From a virus (lineage: Duplodnaviria > Caudoviricetes): DNA of 64,000 nt. The stretch lies in the IMG/VR virus record IMGVR_UViG_3300011116_001007. The stretch is one strand, 5' to 3'. Every line of letters starts with the position of its first letter. Position 1 is the first letter of the stretch. The notes under the pieces were generated by a model. It saw only the letters and a list, made by a program, of their open reading frames with translations. It searched no databases and was not told where the DNA came from. Made by a program: the position numbers and the translations under genes. Shown here in pieces: positions 53,708 to 63,176 of this stretch.

Positions 53708-54189
53708 GGTGCTGTGCCTGCTTGCTGTTTAGGGTGAGTTTGCATCAAAACTCCTGCTTCATATGCAGCTTGTGCAATTGTTCGAAATTCAGCCAATTCT
53801 CTAGTGTCAACTTTTTCCACATCAAGATTACCCAACTGACGTATACCAGCATACAATTGATTCATTATGGTATCAGCTTGATTGATGTAGACTGGAGTAT
53901 AAGCGCCATTGTCATCTGTTTGAGATACCATTTGGCTTAAATTTGTAAAATCCATACCGCCAAGAAATTGATTTTGTGCCACTATTGAGTTCAATGCTTT
54001 TTTCAATGAAGTTTTAGATTGCGGACTGAGTTGTGCAGTGTCAGTGACTGCATCTGCTGCCAGGGCCTGAGACACCTGCCGAGACCACTGCCGTTGCATG
54101 TTTTGTGCAGCCTGGTTAACCATCAATGACGTGTTTGGCGCAGCATCTTCATTGACGCGAGATTTTCTAGTCAGTTCATGAATTTGCAT
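53704..54189 (-). CDS. Probable head-associated protein
   Basis: MQIHELTRKSRVNE N-terminus. Confidence 0.55.
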   Translation of the reverse strand: MQIHELTRKSRVNEDAAPNTSLMVNQAAQNMQRQWSRQVSQALAADAVTDTAQLSPQSKTSLKKALNSIVAQNQFLGGMDFTNLSQMVSQTDDNGAYTPVYINQADTIMNQLYAGIRQLGNLDVEKVDTRELAEFRTIAQAAYEAGVLMQTHPKQQAGTAP

Positions 54190-54424
54190 CTGTTTTCCTT
54201 ACTGATCGAGAAAATTTACCAGCGTTTTTTGTTCGTATGGCATTGAGGAATTTTCTAGTGAGGTTTTCTGCTGTTTCAGCATCAAATTCTGATTCAATCT
54301 GCTCCAGCAATCTGATGGCATTGGCTATCACGTTGCTCGCGCGATTTTCTATTACCAACCGACGATCTCGCTCGATGTACAGACTGTCCAGTTCTTCTAG
54401 TATGCTGCGGGTTTTCTTTTGCAT
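54176..54424 (-). CDS. Conserved hypothetical helical protein
   Basis: MQKKTRSILEELDSL; late promoter upstream. Confidence 0.75.
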   Translation of the reverse strand: MQKKTRSILEELDSLYIERDRRLVIENRASNVIANAIRLLEQIESEFDAETAENLTRKFLNAIRTKNAGKFSRSVRKTDANS

Positions 54425-54445
54425 GTAAATCAGTGACCTTTGGAT

Positions 54446-54475
54446 TATTTAGCGATTTCTGGATGTGAATAAATA
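54446..54475. promoter_or_regulatory. Back-to-back late-type TAAATA promoters
   Basis: TATTTA at 54446-54451, TAAATA at 54470-54475. Confidence 0.65.
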
Positions 54476-54496
54476 TCTATAACAAGGATACCACCA

Positions 54497-55501
54497 ATGA
54501 CCAGCAGCATCAACCCGCAAAATATCGACGCCAACTACCCGGTTGCCGGCGTGCCCAACAACACTCAAGGATTCCGTGACAACTTCACTAATATCCAAAC
54601 CAATTTTACCTACGCCAAAAACGAAATAACTGATCTGGAAAACAAAGCTGTGCTCAAGAGTGCATTGGACGGCACTACCTTGGACAACAACATGGGCGAT
54701 CAATTGATCTATTCTGCGCTGATCCGAGATTTTTCTGGCAGCATTGTGCAAAACACCGTGACGTCTGGTGCTGTTGCATTGGATTATTCGTCTGGGCATT
54801 ATCAAACGGTCAGCACCACTGGTAGTATAACATTGGGATTCTCTAACTTTCCAACATCGGGTACTGTGGGCATGATGCGAGTGCAGGTCAACATTACCAA
54901 TACTGCCTATACCATGACTCTTCCAGCCGCAGTCACGCTGGGGCTTACTGGCATACAAGGCATCAGCGCCAATGTGATCACATTTGGTGCCACTGGATAT
55001 TATGAATTTGGATTTGTTACCAGTGATGGCGGTACTACTATTACTGTGTTTGATTTGAATAGACCTCTAAGTTATTTTACCAACACTGTGAATGTGGCAG
55101 CTACCACTGCCAGCACCAGCACCACAACCGGTGCATTGATTGTGGCAGGCGGCGCCGGCATTGTTGGAAATGTGTACAGTGGTAACATACGTACAGGTGG
55201 GTTGGTATCTGCAACTGGTAATATTACTGGTGGTAATGTAATCTCAAGTGGTGTGGTGTCATCTGTTGGAAATATCAGATTGCTTGCTGCAACTGCTGTA
55301 CCTGCTGGCGGCACAGCAGGTGCTGGATTGTTGATGTCTAGTACTGCTAATCTTGGCGTGTTTTTTGGATCTGGTGCTCCAACATTGACGGCGGCACAAG
55401 GCAGTCTCTATTTGAGAACTGACGGGTCAAGCACCAGCACACGAATGTATGTGAACACCAGCGGCAGTACCACTTGGACTGCTGTGACCACTGTTGCTTA
55501 A
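54497..55501 (+). CDS. Tail fiber-like virion protein
   Basis: Thr/Gly/Ser/Asn-rich beta repeats; C-terminal GAPTLTAAQGSLYLRTDG...YVN..G..W. Confidence 0.7.
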   Translation: MTSSINPQNIDANYPVAGVPNNTQGFRDNFTNIQTNFTYAKNEITDLENKAVLKSALDGTTLDNNMGDQLIYSALIRDFSGSIVQNTVTSGAVALDYSSGHYQTVSTTGSITLGFSNFPTSGTVGMMRVQVNITNTAYTMTLPAAVTLGLTGIQGISANVITFGATGYYEFGFVTSDGGTTITVFDLNRPLSYFTNTVNVAATTASTSTTTGALIVAGGAGIVGNVYSGNIRTGGLVSATGNITGGNVISSGVVSSVGNIRLLAATAVPAGGTAGAGLLMSSTANLGVFFGSGAPTLTAAQGSLYLRTDGSSTSTRMYVNTSGSTTWTAVTTVA

Positions 55502-55529
55502 TTTGACTTGATCTGCTCCGGTAGTTCTT

Positions 55530-56525
55530 TTAGTTTTGCATTTTGAACATCTGCTGAAACAGTTCTGGGAATACAGCACGCCAATCTGTGCCTCGTCGTT
55601 GATCAATAGAATCCAAGGTAGCAATTATTTTAGATTTTCTGTTGTCTGTATCTTTAAGAGCGAACACCCCATTTGTTAATTGTTGTCGGTGTTCTATAGG
55701 ATCTGTAAATCGCGTGGTGTGGAAATTTGTTTGCAGCCACTCTTCTAACTGTTTAAGATTGTCGGAATTTAGTATGCCAACTGAGGTATTGGTAGCAAAC
55801 ATACAATTGTGCGGCGCATTATCAATATACCATTGCAAATTATCTGTCACCTGAGCCCACTTTGCAGGGAACCGTTGGTATTCAAATCTTTCACCAACAT
55901 CATCAATACTAAAATCAAGTTGCACTAACTTAAATTGCTCCCACAAATTCAACAACTCTTTATTTGGTAATATAGTCCCATTGGTGTTGTAATTTAAGTG
56001 TACTTGATCTTTGTGCTCAATTGCATGTAACAATTTCACATGTTCTTTACTCAGCAACGGTTCACCGCCATTGAAATGTATAAATTGTATGCTGCTCAAG
56101 TCGATGGTTTTCCAAAACTGATTGGCCGTTGATTTTTGTAATTCTATAGGTAGCCCAAGTTCTTGTTTCCACACACTACTGTTATTCGGCCCGCATATTA
56201 CACAGGCCAAATTACATGTATCGCCAGTCCAGTAATCCATACGAATTAGCTCAACCTTGTTGTTGTTAAGATTGTGGTCTTTATACCAAGAGTTGCTGCC
56301 TTGCCGTCGGCTTGTTAGTCCAGCAGCTTCGGCATCTTTACAATTACTACACGCTGTTGGTAACTGTCCAGTAGATATCTCATTGCGAAGACCAACAAGG
56401 TATTTGTTGTTTAAAAAATCAATTACTTCAGCTGAGCGTACAGGAGATATACAACAAGGCGAAATTGCTAATGCATTTTGCTGAGCCACAATGTTTATAT
56501 TTTTATAAATGTCAATGCATGTCAT
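55530..56525 (-). CDS. Radical SAM protein with N-terminal Cys cluster (SPASM/twitch-like)
   Basis: TCNLACVIC (CX3CX2C), FNGGEPLL, YNTNGT, FSID. Confidence 0.9.
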   Translation of the reverse strand: MTCIDIYKNINIVAQQNALAISPCCISPVRSAEVIDFLNNKYLVGLRNEISTGQLPTACSNCKDAEAAGLTSRRQGSNSWYKDHNLNNNKVELIRMDYWTGDTCNLACVICGPNNSSVWKQELGLPIELQKSTANQFWKTIDLSSIQFIHFNGGEPLLSKEHVKLLHAIEHKDQVHLNYNTNGTILPNKELLNLWEQFKLVQLDFSIDDVGERFEYQRFPAKWAQVTDNLQWYIDNAPHNCMFATNTSVGILNSDNLKQLEEWLQTNFHTTRFTDPIEHRQQLTNGVFALKDTDNRKSKIIATLDSIDQRRGTDWRAVFPELFQQMFKMQN

Positions 56526-57973
56526 TATGACGTTTTAATAGTTTTCAGCAATTGATTGAGTTTGGTGCTTTCTACTACACCAACCACTTTGGCAACGTCT
56601 CCGTGATTGACCACTGGTTTGTCCCAGGCGTGTGTGCCACCTACAGGCGCTTGCCAAGCAGCATTGTCGCTGGCAACAACCTGACTCTTGGCCTTGATTG
56701 AGTCCATGATTGATGTTTGCGGTTTGTTATAACCAGTTCCTTCGTCGCCGCCCTCGTCTGTGATACGCATGGTCTCAATGTTGTATTCCAAATCAATCTT
56801 TTGTCCCACACCAGTCGAACTACGACTTTTCATGCATTGTATCTGATACTTGCCACGTTCTTTCATTGATCTGCTGGTAAAGATACCAAACACATTGTCT
56901 GCTGTGTTGATCTTTGAAATACCGCCTGCAATGTGACTGTGATCAAATTCTACTTCTTCCACTGCGCTGCGATTCAATTGACTTGCAGTTACCATTAATA
57001 TTTGCAGTTCTTTGGCCAAGTTACGTAGTTCTTCACTCACATACTTGTCTTTGATAAACTGGTCATTGGGATTGACTTTGACGCTGATTGGCATCAGCAA
57101 GTCTAGGTAATCAATCATCACAAAGTCTACCCGTTTGCCTGTTTGTATTTGATACTCTTTCAAGTACGATCTAATGTCATTGATGTTGCTTTGTGCTGGC
57201 AAACCTTTCACTTGGTAGTTGCCCGACTTCTTGGCCATCATTTTGACTTTGAGCTCTGTGGTATCGATGTCTCTGCGTATGTCTTTGGTGCTCATGTTTG
57301 TGAGCATGGCATCTGTTCTCAAGCTGGTCAAGTCTTCACTCAATTCCAAGGTAACATACACTCCGCTCAATCCTTGCTGCAACCAATTGAGTGCAATGTT
57401 CATCATGACCAAGCTCTTGCCTGATCCTGATCCTCCGGCAAAGATGTTCAGTTCACCACGACTGAATCCACCGTACAACAATCGATCCAGTTGTGGCCAG
57501 CCTGTGCTGACTTGCCCACCCGAGTTAAAATACTTGTTGATACGTTCGCTGGGATTGGCAAAATAGTCTGTGCCCATGTCCTTGGTCAAGCTGATCTGCA
57601 CTGCATCTTTGATCAGTTTTTCCACAGGACCATATTCACCTTTTTCCAACAGGTCTGCTGCTGCCAAGATCGCACGTTCTAGTTCTTGTCTGCGTGTGAA
57701 TGCTTCAAATTCTTCCATGAACCATTCATAGTGCCCTTCATTCAAATCAGGCACTGATTGTAATTTGATTCCAGTGGTGGCCGAGATCTGCGTGATATCT
57801 GGCAGAGTTTTGTGTTTTTCACTGTGTTCTTTAATAAACGCAGCCGCTGGTCTAAGATTTCGATCAAAGTTTTCTGGATTGTAAATGTTCTGCACACGCA
57901 CATAGCTGGCAGCATCCTCCAGCATCATTTCCAGGAATAATTTCTGTATATCAATTCCGTATTCTTTTAACAA
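56525..57973 (-). CDS. Replicative DNA helicase (DnaB/gp41 family)
   Basis: STGW..LD, AGGSGSGKS, TLELSE, MIDYLDL, TASQLNR, KSR. Confidence 0.95.
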   Translation of the reverse strand: MLKEYGIDIQKLFLEMMLEDAASYVRVQNIYNPENFDRNLRPAAAFIKEHSEKHKTLPDITQISATTGIKLQSVPDLNEGHYEWFMEEFEAFTRRQELERAILAAADLLEKGEYGPVEKLIKDAVQISLTKDMGTDYFANPSERINKYFNSGGQVSTGWPQLDRLLYGGFSRGELNIFAGGSGSGKSLVMMNIALNWLQQGLSGVYVTLELSEDLTSLRTDAMLTNMSTKDIRRDIDTTELKVKMMAKKSGNYQVKGLPAQSNINDIRSYLKEYQIQTGKRVDFVMIDYLDLLMPISVKVNPNDQFIKDKYVSEELRNLAKELQILMVTASQLNRSAVEEVEFDHSHIAGGISKINTADNVFGIFTSRSMKERGKYQIQCMKSRSSTGVGQKIDLEYNIETMRITDEGGDEGTGYNKPQTSIMDSIKAKSQVVASDNAAWQAPVGGTHAWDKPVVNHGDVAKVVGVVESTKLNQLLKTIKTS

Positions 57974-58680
57974 GATTTTTTCCTTACAATATGATCAATG
58001 CACTCGTTAGCAAACAAACTTTGTACAGCGTCATCGCTGATGTGAAAGTACGGTCTAGTATTGGACCCATTAAGATGCCCGGCGTTTTTATGGGTGGTTC
58101 GATGATTCCACAGATTTGTCATTAATGCTTGCTCTTGATAATCGTTGGCAAGATTTTTTATATAGTTAGAATTTGTTAGCTGTCCAATATTATCAAGAAA
58201 TCCACCAGTACTATAGCAAAATGGTATTTTGTTTGTTGCACAGGTAGTCAGACACAACACCAAGTACATGTAATTTTTTATCATCTCCATGTTTATTGAG
58301 GCTGCAGAGGCTAACCAATGATCAGTTGTTTTTATTTTTTCTTTGTTTTCAAAATAACAAGTAGTAGTATAACGTTTTTTGATATAATCTGCAATATCTA
58401 GGTCACTAAAGGATCGAGGCAGCACAGCGGTGTCATTGTCAAATTCATATCGAAGCGGATTGGTAAAAGAAAATATTACAAAATCAGGATTTAACTTCAT
58501 TCCTTGCATCATTTGCAATGAAATCAATGCATTGCTGCTGCCCCCGTAGGCTAGATTAGAAATTTTAAAATTCGGCGAGTAATTTGATATTTTCTCTGAC
58601 CAATGCAATCCTGGAAAGTCAGGGTCGGTCACACAAAAACTATCACCACAAATAAGAATGTGAACTTCATCGTTTGACAA
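57967..58680 (-). CDS. SGNH/GDSL-like protein
   Basis: CGDSFC, NLAYGGSSN, C-terminal FH. Confidence 0.65.
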   Translation of the reverse strand: MSNDEVHILICGDSFCVTDPDFPGLHWSEKISNYSPNFKISNLAYGGSSNALISLQMMQGMKLNPDFVIFSFTNPLRYEFDNDTAVLPRSFSDLDIADYIKKRYTTTCYFENKEKIKTTDHWLASAASINMEMIKNYMYLVLCLTTCATNKIPFCYSTGGFLDNIGQLTNSNYIKNLANDYQEQALMTNLWNHRTTHKNAGHLNGSNTRPYFHISDDAVQSLFANECIDHIVRKKSC

Positions 58681-59641
58681 TTTGTTTTTTCCTCATTTCT
58701 ATTTTGATTCGACTAGTGTTTCTGTTTTCAAATATAGTTAGCATGGTTGCCAACTGACCATAACGAACCACACTGTCGTTGACATCTTTGACATCATCTG
58801 GCCACGGCGGCATACTCACCGCCCATCCCAGTTCTACTGCACGATCTACCAGTTCCATACCTGCCAAGTCCTGATCAGGTACCACGGTTATTTCTTTGCC
58901 TAAACTACGGATCAACCGTGCCTGCTCATCTGATATGGTGTTATGCATCACTGCCAAGCCACCAATGCACAGTGCATCAAATATGCCTTCAACAACAATT
59001 GCATTGGTCCAATTGTCGTGCTGCAAATCTGTTCCAAACACATATCCAGGTTGGCTGTCAGTGATGTACTTGGGTCGCCGGTTATCCAAGAATCTTTGTG
59101 AGTACCCCACTATGCGATCATTGTGTGTGAATGGAATAATTACACTGGGACGATTTTTCCAAGACCTTTCTTCGTGAAGCTGTACCATCACAGGATAGTC
59201 ATCGGGCACTTTTCTTGAACGAAGATACTCTCGACGTTCATATGAATCATCCAATAACTCACTCATTGGCGGCAATTCTCTTTCTTCAAACTCTATGCCA
59301 GACAGCACATTAAACATACGTTGTCGGTCATCCAGGATGCCATGCACACTGCGATGTCTTAGACTTTCTAAGTTTAATATGTCGATCTCAGCATCGGGCA
59401 CACCTAACCAGCCCAAGAGCCTGCGGGCCTTAAAACTCACTGTACGGCCAAGGATAAAGCTAGCGGTGTAGTTGCAGTTGAAGCAGTGATAACTCCAACC
59501 CGATTCTGTGGGTTTGAGACCTCCTCGACCACGTTTATCTGCTGTACCAGCATTGTGTTGACAACACACAGCATTGAAACTTACCCAACCTGATGGTGTG
59601 GCTTTTCGTTTTGCTGGCAAATATTGTAGGATGTCTAGCAT
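58667..59641 (-). CDS. DNA primase (gp61-like)
   Basis: CCxxx...YHCFNC Zn domain, IIPF, TOPRIM VVEGIFDAL, VPDQD, KDVND. Confidence 0.92.
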   Translation of the reverse strand: MLDILQYLPAKRKATPSGWVSFNAVCCQHNAGTADKRGRGGLKPTESGWSYHCFNCNYTASFILGRTVSFKARRLLGWLGVPDAEIDILNLESLRHRSVHGILDDRQRMFNVLSGIEFEERELPPMSELLDDSYERREYLRSRKVPDDYPVMVQLHEERSWKNRPSVIIPFTHNDRIVGYSQRFLDNRRPKYITDSQPGYVFGTDLQHDNWTNAIVVEGIFDALCIGGLAVMHNTISDEQARLIRSLGKEITVVPDQDLAGMELVDRAVELGWAVSMPPWPDDVKDVNDSVVRYGQLATMLTIFENRNTSRIKIEMRKKQIVKR

Positions 59642-59679
59642 CCGTGTAGTTTAACAGATTTGTGTTGTAATAGCAACGA

Positions 59680-60750
59680 TTATCGGTACTGTACGTTCTG
59701 TATCAGGCCATTTGAGAATACTACTGTGGCAGCCAACGATCCTTGGAACTGCAACGGAAGGTACCCTGATCCACCATTGGTCACTGTGACCGATCCAACC
59801 GTACCACCATCGCTGGCAGTGGCCACTGCTTCGGCGCCTGCACCATTGCCCAGAATTTGCACATATGGTGCAGCCACGTAATATTGTCCTAAATTAGTCA
59901 GGCTAATTCCTGTTACCACTCCGTCAACCACAGTGGCAGTACCACTAGCACCATAGCCAATGCTGTTGTTCATGGCCAATCTCAACAGCGGATGAAATCC
60001 CACAATGTTGAAGTAATCACTTACTGTGGCATCCAAATATTGTCGTGCTTCTGACACATCTGTCCATACTGCTTCGTAGTTTTCGGCCGCTTGCACTTTG
60101 ACTGTGCCTGTGTAATGTACTAGGTCAAACTTGATTGTGGTAAATGCAGTTTGATTGGTGTTGATATAACTGCTGTAGAATTCAGTTGCCTGAATGCTGT
60201 TGATGGGTTGCGGGGTCAGTGCCCAATCAGGGAATGCTGTGGGTGCTGCACCTACGTATTGATTTTTGCCATACAAATCAGGCACAGTACAATCTGCACT
60301 GGGAATAAAACTAGGGAATACACTGTCCACAATATTGCAATCAGCCCTGGCAGAACTGTCAGCGCCAGTGTATGCTGCCTGAACATAGTCACCGGCAGCC
60401 CGTTGTATGCTGTAGCTGGCAGGTTGTGCTTGAATATTGATAGTATCCGAGCTGTCTAGCACCACTTTGACTCGTCCTGTGCTTGCACTTAAGGTCTCCA
60501 TATCTTTGGCCAACAGCAGTTGACCTCCAGCTTGATCAATCAGTCGGAACACAAATGTGCTGCCAGTGATGTTCACAGGTTTCTGATCTTGATTTATAAA
60601 CTCAAACAACAGCACATTGTCAACACCTTTGTTAATGGTTAGGGTTCTTGCGTACACAGGGTCGTACCTCGCAGTAAAGTATCCTCCACTGGTGTCTACT
60701 AGTAGCACTCGTGTGATTTGTTGGTAAAGATAAACGGTGGTAGAATACAT
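59680..60750 (-). CDS. Virion structural protein
   Basis: GVDNVLLFEFINQDQKPV; C-terminal V..G.GY....V...G repeats; late promoter. Confidence 0.65.
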   Translation of the reverse strand: MYSTTVYLYQQITRVLLVDTSGGYFTARYDPVYARTLTINKGVDNVLLFEFINQDQKPVNITGSTFVFRLIDQAGGQLLLAKDMETLSASTGRVKVVLDSSDTINIQAQPASYSIQRAAGDYVQAAYTGADSSARADCNIVDSVFPSFIPSADCTVPDLYGKNQYVGAAPTAFPDWALTPQPINSIQATEFYSSYINTNQTAFTTIKFDLVHYTGTVKVQAAENYEAVWTDVSEARQYLDATVSDYFNIVGFHPLLRLAMNNSIGYGASGTATVVDGVVTGISLTNLGQYYVAAPYVQILGNGAGAEAVATASDGGTVGSVTVTNGGSGYLPLQFQGSLAATVVFSNGLIQNVQYR

Positions 60751-60757
60751 ATCCTAT

Positions 60758-60787
60758 TATTTATCCAAAAAATATTGACCATAAATA
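60758..60787. promoter_or_regulatory. Back-to-back late-type TAAATA promoters
   Basis: TATTTA at 60758-60763, TAAATA at 60782-60787. Confidence 0.65.
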
Positions 60788-60793
60788 CCCGCG

Positions 60794-61171
60794 ATGGGCA
60801 ATAATGTTTTCGAAAAATTAACTGAGAAATATCCATTTATCAGCTTGTGCATGTATGCCAATGCTGAATATGTGGGTGTGATACAGAACAAAGATGATGT
60901 GGTCACCACCATCTACGACTTTGGTGCAGTGGCAGATCAAGCTGACAAACTGAATTACCTGGAGTTGGCATCTGTTTGGTGGTGGGAAAGCAATAGATCC
61001 ATTCCCATAAACATATTTCTGCGTAAAGATTGGGAACAATTTCGCTACACATTACGCACGTTTGTCAACAAAGACCTAGAAATCTTGCATGGCCCTGCTT
61101 GCAGTTTGTTGGACATAGCCCGCAAAAAAAGCAAACGAAAAAGTATTATGCTGGTTCGCCGACTTGAGTAA
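60794..61171 (+). CDS. Conserved hypothetical protein
   Basis: WWWESNRSIPINIFL; basic C-terminus. Confidence 0.8.
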   Translation: MGNNVFEKLTEKYPFISLCMYANAEYVGVIQNKDDVVTTIYDFGAVADQADKLNYLELASVWWWESNRSIPINIFLRKDWEQFRYTLRTFVNKDLEILHGPACSLLDIARKKSKRKSIMLVRRLE

Positions 61172-61724
61172 GTAGATTCATGTGTAGTGCAACCAAGGCT
61201 GCGTAACCAAGTGCATGAGCTTTCTTAAACACATATCCCCGACCAAGATCACCATCCCATACTGAGTCAAACACCTCTGACCACGGCTTATTCTGCAGGT
61301 GTGCCTTGCCTGGACGTATCACAGATATGAATGCTGCCATTCTAGGAATTGAGTTGGGCTGCATGGTCCTTAGTAGTTCAGTGTAATTTCCCACGTGAAC
61401 CAGTTGGCTTGCCCAGGCTGGATCTGTCCACAATTTTGCCCATGGTGGCTCTGCTGTCGACATCAGTTCGTAGTGTGCAGGATCTTTTACCAGTCCGTAC
61501 ACACTCATGTTCAACAAGTCAATCTTGAAGTAGCCACGTGATTCGGCTGTTTCGTAATCCAAGGCAGCGCATCCTAACACAGGATCCAGTGGAATGTCAG
61601 TCACATACACACCCGAATTGTGTTTTCTTGCTGTGCCTTGATACAGTTGCCGTGCAGGTGTGTGCTGTATCAGCTTCAGCACATGTTCTCTGTCGGCAAA
61701 ATCAATGTCAATATCTGCACTCAT
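61146..61724 (-). CDS. Miniature DnaE (family C polymerase) catalytic-core protein
   Basis: DIDIDF, KHNSGVYV, GYFKIDLL, IRPGK, GYVFKKAHALGY, collinear with DnaE motifs. Confidence 0.85.
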   Translation of the reverse strand: MSADIDIDFADREHVLKLIQHTPARQLYQGTARKHNSGVYVTDIPLDPVLGCAALDYETAESRGYFKIDLLNMSVYGLVKDPAHYELMSTAEPPWAKLWTDPAWASQLVHVGNYTELLRTMQPNSIPRMAAFISVIRPGKAHLQNKPWSEVFDSVWDGDLGRGYVFKKAHALGYAALVALHMNLLTQVGEPA

Positions 61725-62500
61725 ATCAAATTCAATTTTTTTATTGTTGGTAATAATATTTTTTCAGCAAACGATCGATGTGCATCTGCTTGATAGTGAC
61801 CTATTCCTGGCCGATCAATAAAATCAAAAGGAACAAATCCTTGTTGATTGCTCCAGCTACAAAATCCAAAGTTATCAAGATCAATAAATCGAGGATCATT
61901 TACTATCTCATTTCGAAAGAAATCTAACAAATAGTCAGAATCTAACTTTTCTGGAGTTACACAATTAAACACTAAAAAATTAATATCAAGTCGATCCAAT
62001 AATGATTTCAACATGATTAGATCACAAAATAAATTTATACGCTCAGCATACGGACTATAAAAATAAGCTCGCCCCTCGGTATATTTTTTGTAGAACTTTT
62101 CTTCTAACAGATGTGGATTCTTAGCATCCTGGAAAAATCCTTGCAGTAGTGTTTCTCTCCAGTTCAGTTGATTACTAAACACATGAGTGCCAAAATTGCT
62201 TTCTTCAGATTTCAATGGCTGGCTATTGTCTATCCATAACTCTGATCTAATCTCAAAAGTTAGCCCAATCAACGCAATTGTTTTTTGTTGAGGATTTAAC
62301 TGTCTTTGTTGAATCATGTCATGAACCGTGGTCCTGATAATTCTACGATTGCAACTGCCAGATATAGCACGATTCATAACATATCCGGGCAGATGTTCAT
62401 TGACTACATAATCATATGTTTTGTCCTGCATTGTGGGACGATATTTCGGATTACTGTAACTGTCTCCATTGCAATAGATCATCGTATGCGATGTACTCAT
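61721..62500 (-). CDS. SGNH/GDSL-like protein
   Basis: NGDSYS, NRAISGSCNRRI, GHYQADAH. Confidence 0.7.
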   Translation of the reverse strand: MSTSHTMIYCNGDSYSNPKYRPTMQDKTYDYVVNEHLPGYVMNRAISGSCNRRIIRTTVHDMIQQRQLNPQQKTIALIGLTFEIRSELWIDNSQPLKSEESNFGTHVFSNQLNWRETLLQGFFQDAKNPHLLEEKFYKKYTEGRAYFYSPYAERINLFCDLIMLKSLLDRLDINFLVFNCVTPEKLDSDYLLDFFRNEIVNDPRFIDLDNFGFCSWSNQQGFVPFDFIDRPGIGHYQADAHRSFAEKILLPTIKKLNLI

Positions 62501-62501
62501 T

Positions 62502-63176
62502 TTACCATCCTGCCTGTTTCAACATTTCCTGTGCGTACTCGTGATCTGTGGGATATGTTTGAAATTTTTTCTGCCAAACGTCTGAATCAATATACATCCA
62601 AATCATGGCCACTTGTTCCGTACCTAGCTCACTCAAAAACTTTTGCCCAGACTCTGAACTGTAAATCACCCAAGGGCTGATTCGTCCAGTGGTTATGGCA
62701 TGGCATATCACATTGGCATTGCCATAACGCAAACAATCATGTGCAGGGTTATTGGTTTTTTCAGCCCAGTCCAATCCGTATTCCATGGCTCGTGCTAGCG
62801 CATCATCCACTGCTTCCAGTGTGAGATAATTTACCAAGTATTCAGTATACACTTGATCGCTGCACCAACGATCAATTTTTTTTTGTTGTTTCAGCAGCCA
62901 GGCCATGAATCGTTCAGGATTGATCACGCGAGTGTTCACACAGTAATGACCAAACTTCACAAACGCACGATAGTAGGATGACGTTTCAAAATCTTCAAAT
63001 GTTTTGTTCTTGGCTGAACCTTGCATGGTTTCGTAAAACCTCACATAGGCCTGCAATGCCAGTTGTACTCCTCTATCGCCGCGTTGCAGCCTGCGACGTT
63101 TGGGTTCGCACATGTGTACTTCTATACTGCTTTCTCTTGAGAAAGTTTTTTCACAGTATCCGCAAGTGAATGTCAT
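62502..63176 (-). CDS. C2H2 zinc-finger protein
   Basis: FTCGYCEKTFSRESSIEVHMC. Confidence 0.75.
   Translation of the reverse strand: MTFTCGYCEKTFSRESSIEVHMCEPKRRRLQRGDRGVQLALQAYVRFYETMQGSAKNKTFEDFETSSYYRAFVKFGHYCVNTRVINPERFMAWLLKQQKKIDRWCSDQVYTEYLVNYLTLEAVDDALARAMEYGLDWAEKTNNPAHDCLRYGNANVICHAITTGRISPWVIYSSESGQKFLSELGTEQVAMIWMYIDSDVWQKKFQTYPTDHEYAQEMLKQAGW

Noticed and set aside
40314-57973. Introns or inteins in nrdA, nrdB or the helicase
   Set aside because: Lengths are typical and motifs are contiguous, with no insertion or intein splice motifs.
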